Source: a virus. Taken from it: a DNA stretch of 64,000 nucleotides. Below the pieces are notes generated by a model. That model saw only the letters and a list, made by a program, of their open reading frames with translations, did no database searches and had not been told where the DNA came from. The translations under genes were made by a program, and so were the position numbers. Below are positions 42,600 through 52,933 of the stretch, piece after piece. How positions within the stretch are numbered: the stretch's first letter is position 1; the number at the start of each line of letters is the position of its first letter. The stretch spans positions 20,856 to 84,855 of IMG/VR virus record IMGVR_UViG_3300010367_000012, one strand, 5' to 3'.

Positions 42600-42802
42600 T
42601 GAATAGCGACATTAAGAACAGATTCACATTCCATCCATCCACACCCAATACAGCAGCCCTTTATGAATCCATGAGAACAAAGGCTCTTGAATTGGCAGCG
42701 TGGATGGATGAGAGTGCTCCAGAAAGCCGAGAGCTTTCTCTTGCCCTGACCAATCTAGACCAAGCGGTTATGTGGTTCAATGCCGCAGTCGCTAGAAATT
42801 AA
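42599..42802 (+). CDS. Acb2/Tad1-like helical-hairpin protein (candidate cyclic-nucleotide sponge)
   Basis: RFTFHP...YESMR...ESRELSLALTNLDQAVMWFNAAVAR matches the recalled Acb2/Tad1 hairpin-domain pattern. Confidence 0.6.
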   Translation: MNSDIKNRFTFHPSTPNTAALYESMRTKALELAAWMDESAPESRELSLALTNLDQAVMWFNAAVARN

Positions 42803-42811
42803 AGGATCGAT

Positions 42812-43138
42812 ATGACTTTTGTACAAGATCTAGAGGCTAAGTTCTCTCATTTAAAGAACGTAGCAGAAGACGATGTTCACGCTCTTATCCTAAAGCTTGA
42901 GGCTATCTTTAACCGCGTACACGTTGCGCAGGTATCTGACGTTCTTAAGCAAGCTGTGTCTTCTGACATTCACGCTGCCCTAGGACACATTGAGGCGGTT
43001 GCTGATGGTGTTCGTGCTAAGGCAGATTTAGCTGACGAAGTTATCGACGTTGTTACTACCAAGGTTGACGAAGAAGTCGAAGCTGCTGAGGCAGACATTG
43101 AGGAGCCAACTCGTTCTAGAAGCTCCCGTCGTAGATAA
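42812..43138 (+). CDS. hypothetical helical protein
   Basis: 108 aa, AAGGA SD. Confidence 0.75.
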   Translation: MTFVQDLEAKFSHLKNVAEDDVHALILKLEAIFNRVHVAQVSDVLKQAVSSDIHAALGHIEAVADGVRAKADLADEVIDVVTTKVDEEVEAAEADIEEPTRSRSSRRR

Positions 43139-43167
43139 TTAACCCCTTACACGAATAGGACATAACT

Positions 43168-43557
43168 ATGGCCGTACACGGATCTGGTGGAACTCTTGTT
43201 GCTTCCACAGCCACTACCACTACTTATACAGGATGGGAGAAGTACGTAATCATTACTGCCTCCGCTCCTAGCACCGTTGCTGGAACTCTATCTGTAACTA
43301 CTGATGGAACAACAGCTACTGTAAATGGTGCAGACAATGCTTCCGTTAGAATTCCAGCTTCTGGTTCTGTGACTGTTGCCGTGAAGAATAACTTCCCACG
43401 TCCAATGATTTCTACCACAACTCCACTAGCTACTGACCCATCTGCTGTTCCCGCATACACAGCTTACGGTTCAAAGGTTTCTATCATCTCTGATCTAGCT
43501 GCTCCTTACAGCATTGACCTAGCTGAGGACCCTGGAACTCTGCCAGTTTATAGCTAA
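43168..43557 (+). CDS. Thr-rich beta-strand protein, probable virion component
   Basis: 129 aa, AGGA SD. Confidence 0.75.
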   Translation: MAVHGSGGTLVASTATTTTYTGWEKYVIITASAPSTVAGTLSVTTDGTTATVNGADNASVRIPASGSVTVAVKNNFPRPMISTTTPLATDPSAVPAYTAYGSKVSIISDLAAPYSIDLAEDPGTLPVYS

Positions 43558-43567
43558 GGAGTAAGCA

Positions 43568-43762
43568 GTGACAGTCTTTCATGATAGACGGAACGCTGCT
43601 TATACTGAATTGTCCGGAGAGCCAGTCGAATACATAACTGGTATCTCCGGACAAAACAATGCAGAGACCTTTGGCTACAGTGGTGGAGAGATGCCACCTT
43701 TAAGTGCCACTAAATCAAAGTATCCAGTAGACCAAACCACCTCTGTGGTAGATATGAGATAG
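43568..43762 (+). CDS. hypothetical protein
   Basis: 64 aa, GTG after AAGGAG. Confidence 0.7.
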   Translation: MTVFHDRRNAAYTELSGEPVEYITGISGQNNAETFGYSGGEMPPLSATKSKYPVDQTTSVVDMR

Positions 43763-43769
43763 GAATACT

Positions 43770-44072
43770 ATGGCAGCAGTCAGAGCAAAGTCTGGTACGT
43801 TAACGATTAATACCGTAGCTGCCGTTAATTTCCCTCAGTACTTTGCAAATATAACGATCGTTCATCGCGGAACAACAGGAACTATCTGGCTTCGTACAGA
43901 TGGTGTAGAGCCTGTCATCCTAGCCGATGATAATTTCCCTGTCCTACCTGGGCAGGCTGTAACATTCCCGAATGGGATATTGACTCAAGAACCAATTACT
44001 CGTGTGATCAGTGGAACTAGTGTTCAGTTGCTTTCTGACACAGCGGTTCCTTACACAGTTTATTGTTCTTAA
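43770..44072 (+). CDS. small beta-rich protein, paralog of 44118-44417
   Basis: VNFPQYFANITIVHRGTTGTIWLRTDG.EP. Confidence 0.75.
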   Translation: MAAVRAKSGTLTINTVAAVNFPQYFANITIVHRGTTGTIWLRTDGVEPVILADDNFPVLPGQAVTFPNGILTQEPITRVISGTSVQLLSDTAVPYTVYCS

Positions 44073-44117
44073 CGGGGAACTACTCGGGCACTTCCAACTA
44101 TTAACTATGGTGCTCTT

Positions 44118-44417
44118 ATGGCAACACACATCACTAGTGGAACTACTGTGGCAGCCACAGTAACCACTGTCACTTTTGCTTCCTGGTATCACAATGTCGA
44201 AGTAATCAATAGAAGTTCCGGCGACATGTGGGCGCGTATCGATGGTATTGACCCCACCATCGGTGGAGACGAATGCTTTTTCGTTGCTCCACTAGGATTT
44301 ATTGATGTAATCAATCCTAAACTTCCACCCGAGCCAGCACTAGGAACAACATCTAATACTGTAGTAAAGATCATTTCAGCAGCCAACGCGACTTACACTA
44401 TTCAAGCAGGTGTGTAA
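44118..44417 (+). CDS. small beta-rich protein, paralog of 43770-44072
   Basis: VTFASWYHNVEVINRSSGDMWARIDG.DP; the start may be ATG 44139. Confidence 0.75.
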   Translation: MATHITSGTTVAATVTTVTFASWYHNVEVINRSSGDMWARIDGIDPTIGGDECFFVAPLGFIDVINPKLPPEPALGTTSNTVVKIISAANATYTIQAGV

Positions 44418-45949
44418 TGGCGACTAGAGGCAGCTTCGGAGTAGGGCCACAAGGCGTTCCAGGGCTGTCTACAGGCCCTGCTGGTGGTGACTTGGGCGGC
44501 GTATACCCCAACCCTACTTTGCTGCCCACAGCGAACGTTCTGACGGTTGTAGGAGCCCTTACGCTAGACGCCCTAGCAGCTCCTCTTACCAACGTTAATT
44601 TGAATAGCCATAAGATTGTCGGGCTATCAAACGGCACAGCAACTAATGACGCTGCTGCCTTCGGACAAATTCCTACTACTCTTCCACCTTCAGGCAGTGC
44701 TGGTGGAGATCTAACAGGTACGTATCCTAATCCCACATTGTCTGGGACTGCCAATGTCAATACAGTTGTACGAGCTAACCGTCTAGATCAAATGGCTGTC
44801 ACTCAAGCTAACATCTCTATGAACAGCAAGAAGATTATTGATCTTCAGAACGGTACGGTTTCTACCGATGCAGCAAACTTCGGACAGATCCCAACCACTC
44901 TGCCACCTAATGGTGCGGCTACAGGTGATCTGTCTGGTACGTATCCAGCTCCTACCGTGGCTAAGGTAAACGGTGTAACGATTTCTGGTACACCTTCTGC
45001 TGGAACACAACTAACTGCTACGTCTGCTACTACAGCCTCTTGGCAACCAGGTGTAGCGAGATCAACCGGAATTCTAAATGGTGTTCTACTTACTATCAAC
45101 AGTTCAACGTCTATTCATATCACCGCAGGTAAAGCACAAGTCGTTGACTATACAACAACACCTGGCTCTCCAACAGTAACGCTAGTTACTATTGCCGATC
45201 AGGTTATTACTCTGAATGGTACTGAACTAGCTAGACCTATCAACTGGTGGGTAGCAGATATCAATGGAACAATAACAAGTCTTGCTACTCAGCCTACTGC
45301 TGATCAACGCCGCTCATTGATTCAAATTGGTATCACTGCGGAAAACGCAGGAAGTATTGTCGTATTCGATACAGCTCCTATCTACGTCGCAGATGTTACG
45401 TCACAGCTATATGATCTGATCTTCGCACTAGGAACCTTTGTATCCTCTGGAGCAAATATTACGTCTAACGGTGCAAACCTTCAGATGAATCTAAGCGCCG
45501 GAACTATCTTTGTTGGTGGTAGAAACTACAAGAACGACATCTCTAATCCACACAACATTACGGTGCCTGCTGAGACACCTCTTACATTTAGACATATCCT
45601 TAGAGCTGGTTCAGGCTTGGCTCTTACATCGACACTAGATGTTACACACTTTGACAGCAGTGGAACATTGACACTAGTCGGTGGTGGAGCTAACTCCTCA
45701 ACAGTTATGCGCGTCTATCTGTTTGGTACAGGGGCAGCCACTAACCAGGTAATTGTTCAATACGGAGATACTGTCTTTTCAACTCTTGATAATGCTGCTG
45801 CATCAATTAACACTATTGCATTCGCAGAAAATCCAAGTCTAGCCAGCGGTGCTCTATTGGGTTGGATGTGTGTATCTAAGTCTTGTACTAGTTTGCTAGA
45901 TGCTTCTACTGCACGATTTATTCCGGCACATAGATTCGATCGTGATTAA
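44417..45949 (+). CDS. repeat-containing fibre/minor structural protein
   Basis: Three G-x-A-x-GDL-x-G-x-YP-x-PT repeats with AAxFGQIPTTLPP linkers. Confidence 0.8.
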   Translation: MATRGSFGVGPQGVPGLSTGPAGGDLGGVYPNPTLLPTANVLTVVGALTLDALAAPLTNVNLNSHKIVGLSNGTATNDAAAFGQIPTTLPPSGSAGGDLTGTYPNPTLSGTANVNTVVRANRLDQMAVTQANISMNSKKIIDLQNGTVSTDAANFGQIPTTLPPNGAATGDLSGTYPAPTVAKVNGVTISGTPSAGTQLTATSATTASWQPGVARSTGILNGVLLTINSSTSIHITAGKAQVVDYTTTPGSPTVTLVTIADQVITLNGTELARPINWWVADINGTITSLATQPTADQRRSLIQIGITAENAGSIVVFDTAPIYVADVTSQLYDLIFALGTFVSSGANITSNGANLQMNLSAGTIFVGGRNYKNDISNPHNITVPAETPLTFRHILRAGSGLALTSTLDVTHFDSSGTLTLVGGGANSSTVMRVYLFGTGAATNQVIVQYGDTVFSTLDNAAASINTIAFAENPSLASGALLGWMCVSKSCTSLLDASTARFIPAHRFDRD

Positions 45950-46002
45950 TTTATGGTAAGCTATACCCCAAGAGACACTAATTCGAAGAACAAGGTATTT
46001 AA

Positions 46003-47715
46003 ATGTCAATGACTTTCTACTCTCCATCAATGAGAGCCGCAGCATCAGACCTAGCAATTGCAGTTTCGCCGCTAGGTCTAGTTGAGTTGTCCGATGAAGA
46101 GTTTGAAATGCATGGTCCACGTCTTAATAGATATGCAGAATATTGGGCTTGGTACCTTGGACACCACTGGGGAACTCGTCGTGAGTTTGGTGACCCACAA
46201 CTTACCTTCAATTATGTACAGGCATTTGCCGACTATATCAATAGCTTCTGTTTCTCCAGAGGTATTTCCTTTGACACCGTTAAGCAGTATGACCACATCG
46301 TGCCTGCATTGCTAAAGCGTATTTGGCAGCAGGATAACAACATGAAGGCAGTCACCTGGGAAATGGGTCAGCAAGGAGGTATCTCTGGAGATGCTTTCGT
46401 TAAGGTGGCTTATGAGTCTCCTTGGACTGACGAAGCTGATAACTACCATGCGGGAAGAGTACGTATCCTTCCCCTTAACTCCGCCTATTGTTTTCCTACC
46501 TGGCACCCACACGATAGAGATAGACTCCTAGAGTTCAAGCTTAAGTATCGTTTTTGGGGAACTAACACAGAGGGTACAAGAAGCGTATATACTTACACTG
46601 AGTTAATTCGCTCAGATGTTATTCGTGAATACGTAAATGATGAACTGATTGATGAGCGTCCCAATGCTCTAGGTGTTATCCCAATCGTTCACATCGCTAA
46701 CCACCCTGCTTCCGGATCTCCTTGGGGACTATCCGATGTGCAGAATCTGATCAGCCTTAACCGTCAGTACAACGAAACAGCTACTGACATCGCTGATATT
46801 GTGAATTATCATGCAGCTCCCATTACCGTAGTTATCGGTGCCAAGCCTTCTCAGCTTGAAAAGGGAACTAACCGTGTCTGGTCTATTGGTAACAAGGACG
46901 TAGACATTCACAACCTTGAGAACGGTGTAGAACTAGAGGGACCTCTAGACGCACTGAACATGCTTAAGGTCGCAATGCATGAGATGACTGGTGTTCCAGA
47001 GACTGCTCTAGGACAGAGTCAGGCTATTTCAAATACTTCTGGAGTTGCATTGGCTATGCAATTCCTGCCCCTTATGCAAAAGTTTGAACTAAAGAAGATA
47101 CAATATGGTAAGGGACTACAAAAGATAAATGAGTTAGCACTAAAGACACTCTTTATTTTTGAACCAGAAGCTACTCTGTATAATCCGGATACAGAGGGAA
47201 TTATCCAAGATGGTCAGCCACTGGCTATCGACCCGAGAGATCCACTAGTATACTTTAGTGATATAGACTGGCCTTCACCACTTCCTGTTGATCGCCTAGT
47301 TAAGTTGAATGAAATCGGCGCAATGATGAATATGGATCTCGAATCTCGTAGAGGTGCACTTAAGGATCTCGGTGAGCAGTTCCCAGATGAGAAGCTACAA
47401 GAAATCTTTGATGAGCTTCATGAGGACGCTATCCGTGATGGTGCTCTACGTATGCTAAGAACCCAGATCGATTCTGTAATTCAAGAATTGACCGGAATGG
47501 TTCCAATGCCTGACGGTACTTCAGAGCCAGTACAGCCAGGAGAAGACGCCCTAGGCAACCCTGTACCGCCTTCTGGTGGACCAGGAACTATCAACAAGAT
47601 AGATCTACAGGACCTTGATGGGGCAGGCTCTATGGATGCTCTACGCGAGACAGTTGTCAAGGCATACGGAACCAAGCTAGGTTCACGTCAACTTCCTACC
47701 GATGACAACAACTAA
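46003..47715 (+). CDS. portal protein (SPP1 gp6-like)
   Basis: 570 aa; GDAFVKVAY, LGVIPIVHIAN, WGLSDV, SNTSGVAL; position between terminase and scaffold. Confidence 0.9.
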   Translation: MSMTFYSPSMRAAASDLAIAVSPLGLVELSDEEFEMHGPRLNRYAEYWAWYLGHHWGTRREFGDPQLTFNYVQAFADYINSFCFSRGISFDTVKQYDHIVPALLKRIWQQDNNMKAVTWEMGQQGGISGDAFVKVAYESPWTDEADNYHAGRVRILPLNSAYCFPTWHPHDRDRLLEFKLKYRFWGTNTEGTRSVYTYTELIRSDVIREYVNDELIDERPNALGVIPIVHIANHPASGSPWGLSDVQNLISLNRQYNETATDIADIVNYHAAPITVVIGAKPSQLEKGTNRVWSIGNKDVDIHNLENGVELEGPLDALNMLKVAMHEMTGVPETALGQSQAISNTSGVALAMQFLPLMQKFELKKIQYGKGLQKINELALKTLFIFEPEATLYNPDTEGIIQDGQPLAIDPRDPLVYFSDIDWPSPLPVDRLVKLNEIGAMMNMDLESRRGALKDLGEQFPDEKLQEIFDELHEDAIRDGALRMLRTQIDSVIQELTGMVPMPDGTSEPVQPGEDALGNPVPPSGGPGTINKIDLQDLDGAGSMDALRETVVKAYGTKLGSRQLPTDDNN

Positions 47716-47789
47716 CACGTAAGATTGTAAGTAAATTCATTCGGGACATATTCGGAAAACACACAGTTAAATTCTAGGAGATATTAGAA

Positions 47790-48608
47790 ATGACAGTTCC
47801 AGCACAGCCAGGTTTGGCGGCAGCAATTGAGTCTCCAAATCCACAGGATAATGGTGCTCAGAGCCCAGCTCCTTCCCCAGCAGCTTTCCAGCATGGCGCT
47901 ACAGGTGAACGTACATTCACTGAGGCGGACATTGCGGCGGCACGTAAGCAGGAGAAGGACAAGCTATATGGAGAGATCACTTCTCTGAAGGATCAATTCA
48001 CAGCGGCTCAGAAGACCCTGCAAGAAATTCAGGATCAGAAGGCACAGGAACTAGCAGAAGCTCAGCGTAAGCAGCAGGAAAAGGAAGCAGCAGCACAGGC
48101 TAAGCGCGAAGAGGAGATGTCCGCTAAGACTCTCCTTGAGACTAAGCTAAAGGAGACAAACGATACTTGGGAGTCTCGCTTTACTCAGCTTCAGCAGGAG
48201 CGTGAGCAAGAGCGTGCACTACTTGCCAAGGAAAGAGAATATAATGATCTTGTAGATTATCGTACTTCTCAGCTACAGGCTAATGCTAATGACATCGCTC
48301 CACAGTTCCACGAGTTTGTTGTGGGCAATGACAAGGAGCAAATTGATAACGCTATAGCAAGAGCTAAGGCTGCCACGCAATCTATCGCAGAAGAAATTGC
48401 ACAGGCAGCACGTCAGCAGCAGCCACAGCAAAGAGGTGTATCCCCTACAGGCTACACAGCCCTAGGTCCCCTAGAAGGTTCCGTGGGTCAGAAGACATAC
48501 TCACCAGATGACATCAATAACATGTCTATGGCTGAATACGCAAAGTTCCGTCAGGATTCGGGACTTGCCGGAAATGACGCTGCGAGATCTCGCGGCCTAT
48601 TCGGCTAA
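47790..48608 (+). CDS. capsid scaffolding protein
   Basis: Coiled coil, FTEADIAAARKQEKDKLY, C-terminal MSMAEYAKFR; immediately upstream of the capsid gene. Confidence 0.85.
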   Translation: MTVPAQPGLAAAIESPNPQDNGAQSPAPSPAAFQHGATGERTFTEADIAAARKQEKDKLYGEITSLKDQFTAAQKTLQEIQDQKAQELAEAQRKQQEKEAAAQAKREEEMSAKTLLETKLKETNDTWESRFTQLQQEREQERALLAKEREYNDLVDYRTSQLQANANDIAPQFHEFVVGNDKEQIDNAIARAKAATQSIAEEIAQAARQQQPQQRGVSPTGYTALGPLEGSVGQKTYSPDDINNMSMAEYAKFRQDSGLAGNDAARSRGLFG

Positions 48609-48670
48609 CGTTTTTAAACACCATGGGTACGGCTTTGTACCCGAACCCAGATAATAGATAAGGATCGAAT

Positions 48671-49708
48671 ATGGCCGGTAGTGCTATTACGGGTACACCG
48701 AATATCTCTGGTGCCCCAACCGCTTATCCAGGTGGTTCCTCAGCTCTTTCTCCTGCAATTCAAACTATTTGGAGCAAAGAAATTTTGTTCCAGGCAATGC
48801 CGATTTTGAGATTTGAACAATTCGCAGTAAAGAAGACAGAGCTTGGTGTAACACCTGGTCTTACAATTAACTTTATGCGTTACAACAACCTAGGCAATGC
48901 TTCACAGCTTGTTGAAGGTATCCGCATGCAGACTGCTCCACTTACAGCTAGCCAGTTCAGCATTACCGTTGCTGAGCAGGGATTCGCTGTAGCCGTGTCT
49001 GAGCTTCTATTGAACGCATCCTTCGATGACGTAATGGCATCTGCCTCTCGTCTTCTAGGTCGTAACATGGCTACTTACCTTGACGTAAGTGCCCGTAACA
49101 CATTGCTCCAGGCTTCTTCACAGCTATTCGGTTACCAGAAGGACACCGGAGCTATCAACAACCAGGTCTTCTACAACGTGGGAACTGTTGGAACATCCAA
49201 CGCTTCTATGACTGGAGACTTCAACCTAACATCTCAGACTGTATATGACGCAGTCGAGACTCTAGCAACAAAGAACGTGCCACGTCTAGGTGAGACATAT
49301 GTCTGTTTTGTCCACCCTCACCAGTCACGTTGGCTACGTAACGACCCTCAGTTCATCGAGATGACTAAGTATGCGGCCCCTGGTAACTTTATGCTAGGAG
49401 AAATCGGACGTTTGAACGATGTCGTATTTATCGAGACAACTCAGGTTCGTAACGTTGTAGGTGGAGCTGGAGCCGGTTGGACAACTGACACCACTACTGG
49501 TGGAGTTACAACAGGTAACGGTGCCGCAAATAGATATGACTCTATCTTCATTGGAGACAATGCATTCGGTCACGCTATTTCTCTTCCTGTAGAATTGCGC
49601 GATGGTGGTATTCTCGACTTTGGACGTGAGCATGCCCTAGCTTGGTATGCTATTTGGGGACTTGGTCTGATTACTGACATTTCTGTAGTTATCGCCTCTA
49701 CCAACTAA
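48671..49708 (+). CDS. major capsid protein (N4-gp56-like HK97 fold)
   Basis: 345 aa; YVCFVHPHQ, GEIGRLNDVVFIET, DFGREHALAWY. Confidence 0.92.
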   Translation: MAGSAITGTPNISGAPTAYPGGSSALSPAIQTIWSKEILFQAMPILRFEQFAVKKTELGVTPGLTINFMRYNNLGNASQLVEGIRMQTAPLTASQFSITVAEQGFAVAVSELLLNASFDDVMASASRLLGRNMATYLDVSARNTLLQASSQLFGYQKDTGAINNQVFYNVGTVGTSNASMTGDFNLTSQTVYDAVETLATKNVPRLGETYVCFVHPHQSRWLRNDPQFIEMTKYAAPGNFMLGEIGRLNDVVFIETTQVRNVVGGAGAGWTTDTTTGGVTTGNGAANRYDSIFIGDNAFGHAISLPVELRDGGILDFGREHALAWYAIWGLGLITDISVVIASTN

Positions 49709-49735
49709 TTTGTACCTTCTGTCCGATTCGGACGT

Positions 49736-49775
49736 ACCCCTCCTCAGTGATCCCCATACTGGGGAGGGGTTTCTT
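49736..49775 (+). terminator. terminator after the capsid gene
   Basis: acccctcctcag...ctggggaggggt followed by ttcttt. Confidence 0.8.
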
Positions 49776-49810
49776 TAATAACATACGAGACATTTAATCT
49801 GGAGAATAGA

Positions 49811-50182
49811 ATGCCACCACGTAAGCGCCCCGGTGATATGACCGGTATTGAAACTGAGCGTCTTCAGAAGGAAAACCAGGAAGCACTCAAGGAACGTGCC
49901 AAGGAAATCTCTATGATGGCTGAGGTTCAGGCAGAAGCCGACTCAAAGCCAGTTGACTACTCTAATGGTCCTATTACTTCTGTAGTAGAGCTAGACGTAG
50001 ATGCAGAGATTCAGCTTGAGGAACCTACAAAGACAATTATTCCGCTGACCACTCTTGAACAAGTAACCTTCGGTGCCGGGAAGCATTATGACTTTGAAGA
50101 GGGACGTAAGTACGTCGTTCCTGTAGAATTAGCTCGACACCTATCAAGTAAGGGCCTTCTTTGGGAAGGCGGCTACCGCTAA
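49811..50182 (+). CDS. head-associated/connector hypothetical protein
   Basis: 123 aa, GGAGAA SD; FGAGKHYDFEEGRKYVVP. Confidence 0.8.
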   Translation: MPPRKRPGDMTGIETERLQKENQEALKERAKEISMMAEVQAEADSKPVDYSNGPITSVVELDVDAEIQLEEPTKTIIPLTTLEQVTFGAGKHYDFEEGRKYVVPVELARHLSSKGLLWEGGYR

Positions 50183-50195
50183 GGGAGAATAACAA

Positions 50196-50648
50196 ATGTC
50201 AGGTAATCTAACTGATACGACAGATCGTGCCATTCTGAATTGGGTTACAGGTACGACACTGGGTGGATGGGCTCCACCAACCACAGCGTATATCGCATTG
50301 CTTACTGTGGACCCTGCTACAACAGCTATTACTCCAACTGACCCACAGTTATCAGAGCTGACTGAATTGGCAGCTACAGGTTATACACGACAAGTTGTTA
50401 CCTTTACAGCAGCCACTTCCCCTAGTCAGGGAACAAGTCAGATTCAAAACAGCAATCTTGTTACCTTCGGACCGTTTACGGATGCCTCTGGTTCTGGAAC
50501 TCCTACTACTTATGGGGCGCTAGTCAACGTGGCATCAGGTACAGCCGGTGAAGTAATCTGTGTATGGCAATGGGATACACCTATTACAGCTCCACAGAAT
50601 CAATCTATTACTATTCCGATTGCTAACCTTACCTTCACACAACAGTAG
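50196..50648 (+). CDS. minor structural protein
   Basis: 150 aa; YIALLT.DP, TGYTRQ.VTF pattern seen in actinophage virion proteins. Confidence 0.8.
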   Translation: MSGNLTDTTDRAILNWVTGTTLGGWAPPTTAYIALLTVDPATTAITPTDPQLSELTELAATGYTRQVVTFTAATSPSQGTSQIQNSNLVTFGPFTDASGSGTPTTYGALVNVASGTAGEVICVWQWDTPITAPQNQSITIPIANLTFTQQ

Positions 50649-50654
50649 GTCTCC

Positions 50655-51479
50655 ATGCCATTTACAACACAGGACATGATTAGTCGCGTTCGTGTGGAGT
50701 TGGGCGATACAGGAGCACCTTTTTCTGATACGTTTCTGGGGACTGGGATGGTATCCACTTACGATCTCACAGACTTCAACATCTGGAATGAGACCGTAAC
50801 GTGGATTCGTAACCAGTCCCCAGTAGTATTGGTAAAGGGAACGGACTATGCAATGAATTACCAGGAAGGAAGAATCTTCCTGACCGGAGCACCCGCGCCA
50901 CTTCCACAAGGTGATACCCTAGTAGTATCAGGATATTCAGGCGGAATGTTCTCAGATGATGAGCTATCCTCCTTTATCCAAGATGCAGTTCTTCAGCATA
51001 CAAATGGAAGAACAGCCAAGACAAGATTCAAGGATGCCAACGGTTTCGTCAAGTACGTAACTATCCCTATGGATCTGTCCAACCTCCCAGAGGTGGAAGG
51101 TACCTTGGTAGCCCTCAGAGCCACCATAGACGCCCTCTGGGCACTCGCTACCGATGCGAGTACCGACATTGATATTTCGTCCGCAGACGGGACCACAGTG
51201 CCTCGTAGCCAGCGATACCAGCAGCTACGTGAACAGATCGATGGAATGACTGCGCGATATAATCAACTATGTGCAATGCTTAATGTCGGTCTTAACCGCA
51301 TTGAGATGTCTAAGATCCGTAGAGTATCCAGAACTACTAACCGTCTGGTACCTATCTTTGAAGACAGAGAGTACGACGATTACGACTTGCCACGTCGTCA
51401 GTTGCCACCAATTGATGCACGCGACGAAGATTCAAGCAACCTGCAATCACCTATCTTCGGTGGTATGTGGGGGCTATAA
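50655..51479 (+). CDS. head-to-tail adaptor
   Basis: ISRVRVELGD, FSDDEL, DISSADGTTVPRSQRYQQL. Confidence 0.8.
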   Translation: MPFTTQDMISRVRVELGDTGAPFSDTFLGTGMVSTYDLTDFNIWNETVTWIRNQSPVVLVKGTDYAMNYQEGRIFLTGAPAPLPQGDTLVVSGYSGGMFSDDELSSFIQDAVLQHTNGRTAKTRFKDANGFVKYVTIPMDLSNLPEVEGTLVALRATIDALWALATDASTDIDISSADGTTVPRSQRYQQLREQIDGMTARYNQLCAMLNVGLNRIEMSKIRRVSRTTNRLVPIFEDREYDDYDLPRRQLPPIDARDEDSSNLQSPIFGGMWGL

Positions 51480-51505
51480 ACTAATGAAGGCCCTTATAGA
51501 TAAGG

Positions 51506-52258
51506 ATGTATTCAATGGGAAGAATAGGGTGGAAAGGCGGCCGATTCTCCGTTGATTTCGAAACATCTGAAATCTATAGGGGCCTTCGTGATTGGCAGCG
51601 TTGGACCGGTGACCAGATCTACTATTACCGTTTCGCATATGATCAGTCCACAGTAGATCCTGTATACGGAGAAGCAGCAGGACCATTAGGCCGTGTTTAC
51701 TTCGGTCCTAACAATGTTCCTGCTCTGCACGTTATCCACGTTGAAGGCGATAACGATAACACTGAGAATGGTTTCTACTACAACGACAGAGCCCACGTAA
51801 CGCTGTCCTTTGATCAGCTAAAGCGTATGGGTATGGACAAGATGGATCTGAATACTCAGAACTATCTCAAGGATCGCTTTGTATATGACACCAAGGTATT
51901 CCGAGTAACCAGTGTTCAGGTTCTAGGACAGATTCAGCAGAAGGACATCATCCTTTCTATTGACGCTACTCAGGTAAAGCCTGATGAGATGGTCAACGAT
52001 GTTCAATTCGCTCAGTACGCCTCACCAAATGACAGACAGTTCTCTCAGAGACTAAGTCTGAATGATTCTAACTATGATCCATATGTCAGTGGTCAGGGTG
52101 TATACCCACTTAACTACAAGGTAGACAATGGAACAAGCAATCTAACCAAGCTAGTAAATCAGGTAACACCTACACTGCGTTCCCCTGCCTACAACCCACC
52201 TCCTTCCCCTGGAGGATACGGAGAAGGTCAGTACGGATCAGGACCATACGGAGGATAA
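51506..52258 (+). CDS. head-to-tail stopper/neck protein
   Basis: 250 aa; position in the neck module; the start may be ATG 51515. Confidence 0.75.
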   Translation: MYSMGRIGWKGGRFSVDFETSEIYRGLRDWQRWTGDQIYYYRFAYDQSTVDPVYGEAAGPLGRVYFGPNNVPALHVIHVEGDNDNTENGFYYNDRAHVTLSFDQLKRMGMDKMDLNTQNYLKDRFVYDTKVFRVTSVQVLGQIQQKDIILSIDATQVKPDEMVNDVQFAQYASPNDRQFSQRLSLNDSNYDPYVSGQGVYPLNYKVDNGTSNLTKLVNQVTPTLRSPAYNPPPSPGGYGEGQYGSGPYGG

Positions 52259-52260
52259 GA

Positions 52261-52920
52261 ATGACTATTACCGTTCCTGTCAAGGGACAGACAGACTGGG
52301 ATCTTACGCTAAACAATGCTCTCAATGAATTAGAAGAAGAGATAAGCAACAAGACTACTGGACCAGTTTCATCTACAGACAAAGCTATAGTAAGATTTAG
52401 TGGAACATCCGGATCAGTAATCCAGAATTCTAATGTCGTAGTAGACAACGCAGGAAATCTGAGTACTCCTGGAACTGTTACATCTACTGGCGTAGCAACT
52501 GTAGGCGGACTAGCTTCTCTAGCCAATGCGTCTGTTACTGGTGACCTATCAGTCATGGGTACAGCCAAGGGATACAGATTCCGTACTGGTGGAAGCAACC
52601 TAGATCTAGAAGCAACTGGAACAGACCTCATTGTCTCTAACTGGTCTGGTACTGCTTTTGACGGTAATCAGAGATCTTATCTGCGTCTGTCTGCTGATGC
52701 ACAGAACATTCAGGCTGCGGGTAAGATTGAATTTGTTGATGCCCTCTATGGTGCTACTAAGCACACCCTTGACGGAGCAGCTAATCAAGTAGGTTTCTAC
52801 GGAGCATCCCCAGCAAGCAAGCCATCTGTAACAGGTTCTCGTGGAGGCAATGCGGCACTAGCAAGTTTGATTACAGCACTGGCTACATTGGGTCTGGTTA
52901 CTGATAACACAACAGCTTAA
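52261..52920 (+). CDS. minor tail/fibre protein
   Basis: N-terminal P.KG.TDWD..LN.AL anchor shared with the next two genes. Confidence 0.8.
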   Translation: MTITVPVKGQTDWDLTLNNALNELEEEISNKTTGPVSSTDKAIVRFSGTSGSVIQNSNVVVDNAGNLSTPGTVTSTGVATVGGLASLANASVTGDLSVMGTAKGYRFRTGGSNLDLEATGTDLIVSNWSGTAFDGNQRSYLRLSADAQNIQAAGKIEFVDALYGATKHTLDGAANQVGFYGASPASKPSVTGSRGGNAALASLITALATLGLVTDNTTA

Positions 52921-52933
52921 GACGGAGCACTAA

